Below are positions 62,261 to 64,000 of a DNA stretch of 64,000 bases, piece after piece. Under the pieces are notes generated by a model, which saw only the letters and a list, made by a program, of their open reading frames with translations, did not search any database and was not told the origin of the DNA. Source of the DNA: Octopus sinensis (taxonomy: Eukaryota); NCBI RefSeq assembly GCF_006345805.1, contig NC_043003.1:87606001-87670000 (forward strand), given 5' to 3'. Numbering within the stretch: the first letter of the stretch is position 1; every line of letters starts with the position of its first letter. The translations under genes were made by a program, and so were the position numbers.

Positions 62261-63245
62261 CTGTAAAATAAAATATTAGAATTATTATACTAACAAGTTT
62301 TTTAGGTAAGTGTCTTCTGTTATAACCTGTGTCAACAAGTGCCTTGAGAATAAATTTGGTAGATGGAAACTGTACTGAGCTCATTGTGTGTGTGCATGCG
62401 TGTGTGAGAGAGAGAGAGAGAGTGTGTGTGTGTATGTGAGTGTGTGCGTGCTTGTGTGTGTCATCATCATCATCATCATTTCATGTCTATTTTCCTTGCT
62501 GGTATGGGTTAGAAGGTTCAACAGAATCTGACATTATTCCCCAGTGTTTACTTTAGTATAGTTTCTAATGCCAACTACTTTACAGTGTTTACTAGGTGCA
62601 TTTTTGTAGCACCAACATGAGTAAAGACTATTTCACAACTTGCAAGGCTAATAGCCTAAAATAGCCCCTATAGATGAAGGAGAACAGAAGAGATGAAGTG
62701 CAATGTTTCTAAGTGGGGAGAGAAGCAATGGTAGGTAAGATGAAAGGAACAGATTTATAATTACAACAGGTTGGTAATGGAGAGAGTAACAAAGCAGTAG
62801 ACTAGTATTTTTGCTGACAATGTTGCTTGATATACACACTGACAAAGAATTCCATAAAGTGAACTAAGAAACTTAGATTATAAACACTAGTCGGAGGGTA
62901 CACACATACACTTAAGTGTGTGTGTGCATGAGTGAATATTTACATTCTGCATTTCTCTTATATATGTAATATAATCCATAGTCTTCGGATTTTTTAAAGT
63001 GTGCTGGGCCACTGGTTTAAATTGATATTAATTAATAATATTCATTTCTACCCTCATTATTTAACTTTTAAATAGCCATGTTCTCTAACTGGTAAATTCG
63101 CTGTGGAAATTTATCAACTGCAGAGCTCTTTCTGATTTCAGTGCGCCAAAATGAAGACCTTTGAAATAGACCCTGATACATATTTGGCAGAACTTTATAC
63201 ACGTTATCTTTCGAGAGGACATATTGCGTCTAGTTCTGCAAATTA

Positions 63246-64000
63246 TAAGGCCTTATAGTCACCCATAATTTAAACGGCCATAAATTAGATAAGCTTAGGA
63301 AGCATCTAATTGTTCTCTTCCAAAGGATGGGTTTATGGATTACGATAGATACTAACCATAAAAGTGTAGATTTTTTAGATATAAATTTGGATTTAAGGTC
63401 GGATAAATTTAAACCTTACCGTAAGCCTAATGATAAGCTATCTTATATTAGCAAAGAATCCAATCATCCACCAGTTATTCTTAGGAACTTAGTAATGTAG
63501 GTAGATGAATATCGTCAATTTCTTCGGATGAGGCATTCCAAAATGCCGCGCCTTATTACAATAGTGCATTAAGGAATAGTGGATTCTCTGAGAAGATCCA
63601 GTATAACCAACTTAATGCTAGCAGTAATGCTATACATAGAACTAGGACTAGGAAAGTTTTGTGGTTTAATCCAGCTTTCAATATGAACGTAAAAACAAAT
63701 ATAGGTAGGAAATTCTTAAAATTAGTCTCTAGGCATTTTCAACCTGACCATGAGTTTTGTAGAATATTTAATAGAAGAACATTTAACATCAGCTATTCTT
63801 GCTGCAGAAACTAATAATTATAGCGCTGATTCTCTTCTTAAAAACTGTAATTGCAAAGATGGAAGGAAAATGTCTGGAGAAAGGAATCGTGTATAGAGCC
63901 AAAGTGCAGATAGAAGGCTTACACGAATATAGAACTTATACTGGGGCTTCTGAAAATTCTTTCAAAACCTGATTCTATTCACATAAAAATTCCTTCAGAT
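63246..64000 (+). mobile_element. Penelope-like element (same family as 47925-48870), runs off the window
   Basis: Collinear nucleotide identity from ggccttatagtcaccc onward. Confidence 0.9.

Overview
Eukaryotic, AT-rich, repeat-dense genomic DNA with one 100-N gap (40473-40572). The SINE/LINE complement looks like an octopod cephalopod (inference from family recognition, not a database hit). The one clearly supported host gene is a fatty acyl-CoA reductase (FAR1-like) on the minus strand: five spliced exons (62260 down to 51461) join in frame with GT-AG sites, but I could not find its terminal exons. A possible terminal exon of a convergent plus-strand gene lies near 12.0-12.4 kb. The rest is layered mobile DNA: two RTE-clade LINE families, tRNA-derived SINEs, several mariner families, Tc1, piggyBac, Helitrons, a Chapaev3-like relic, Penelope-like elements, an L1/Tx1 LINE and a near full-length R4/Dong element. 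The most striking structure (24.2-32.0 kb) is a non-autonomous RTE derivative with no ORF. Its 5' end is a head-to-tail array of ~427-bp monomers, each carrying ETS, YY1-like, TATA(-31) and Inr(+1) motifs, reminiscent of the rodent-L1 monomer promoter. It lies in a ~4.2-kb tandem duplication that may be an assembly artefact. Other highlights: a PHD finger inside the RTE reverse transcriptase, an inverted RTE pair bracketing one FAR exon, STPR-like 23-aa repeats in a Helitron, and a Penelope apparently split at its poly-Asn (TAA)n linker. All alignments and identities are by eye.
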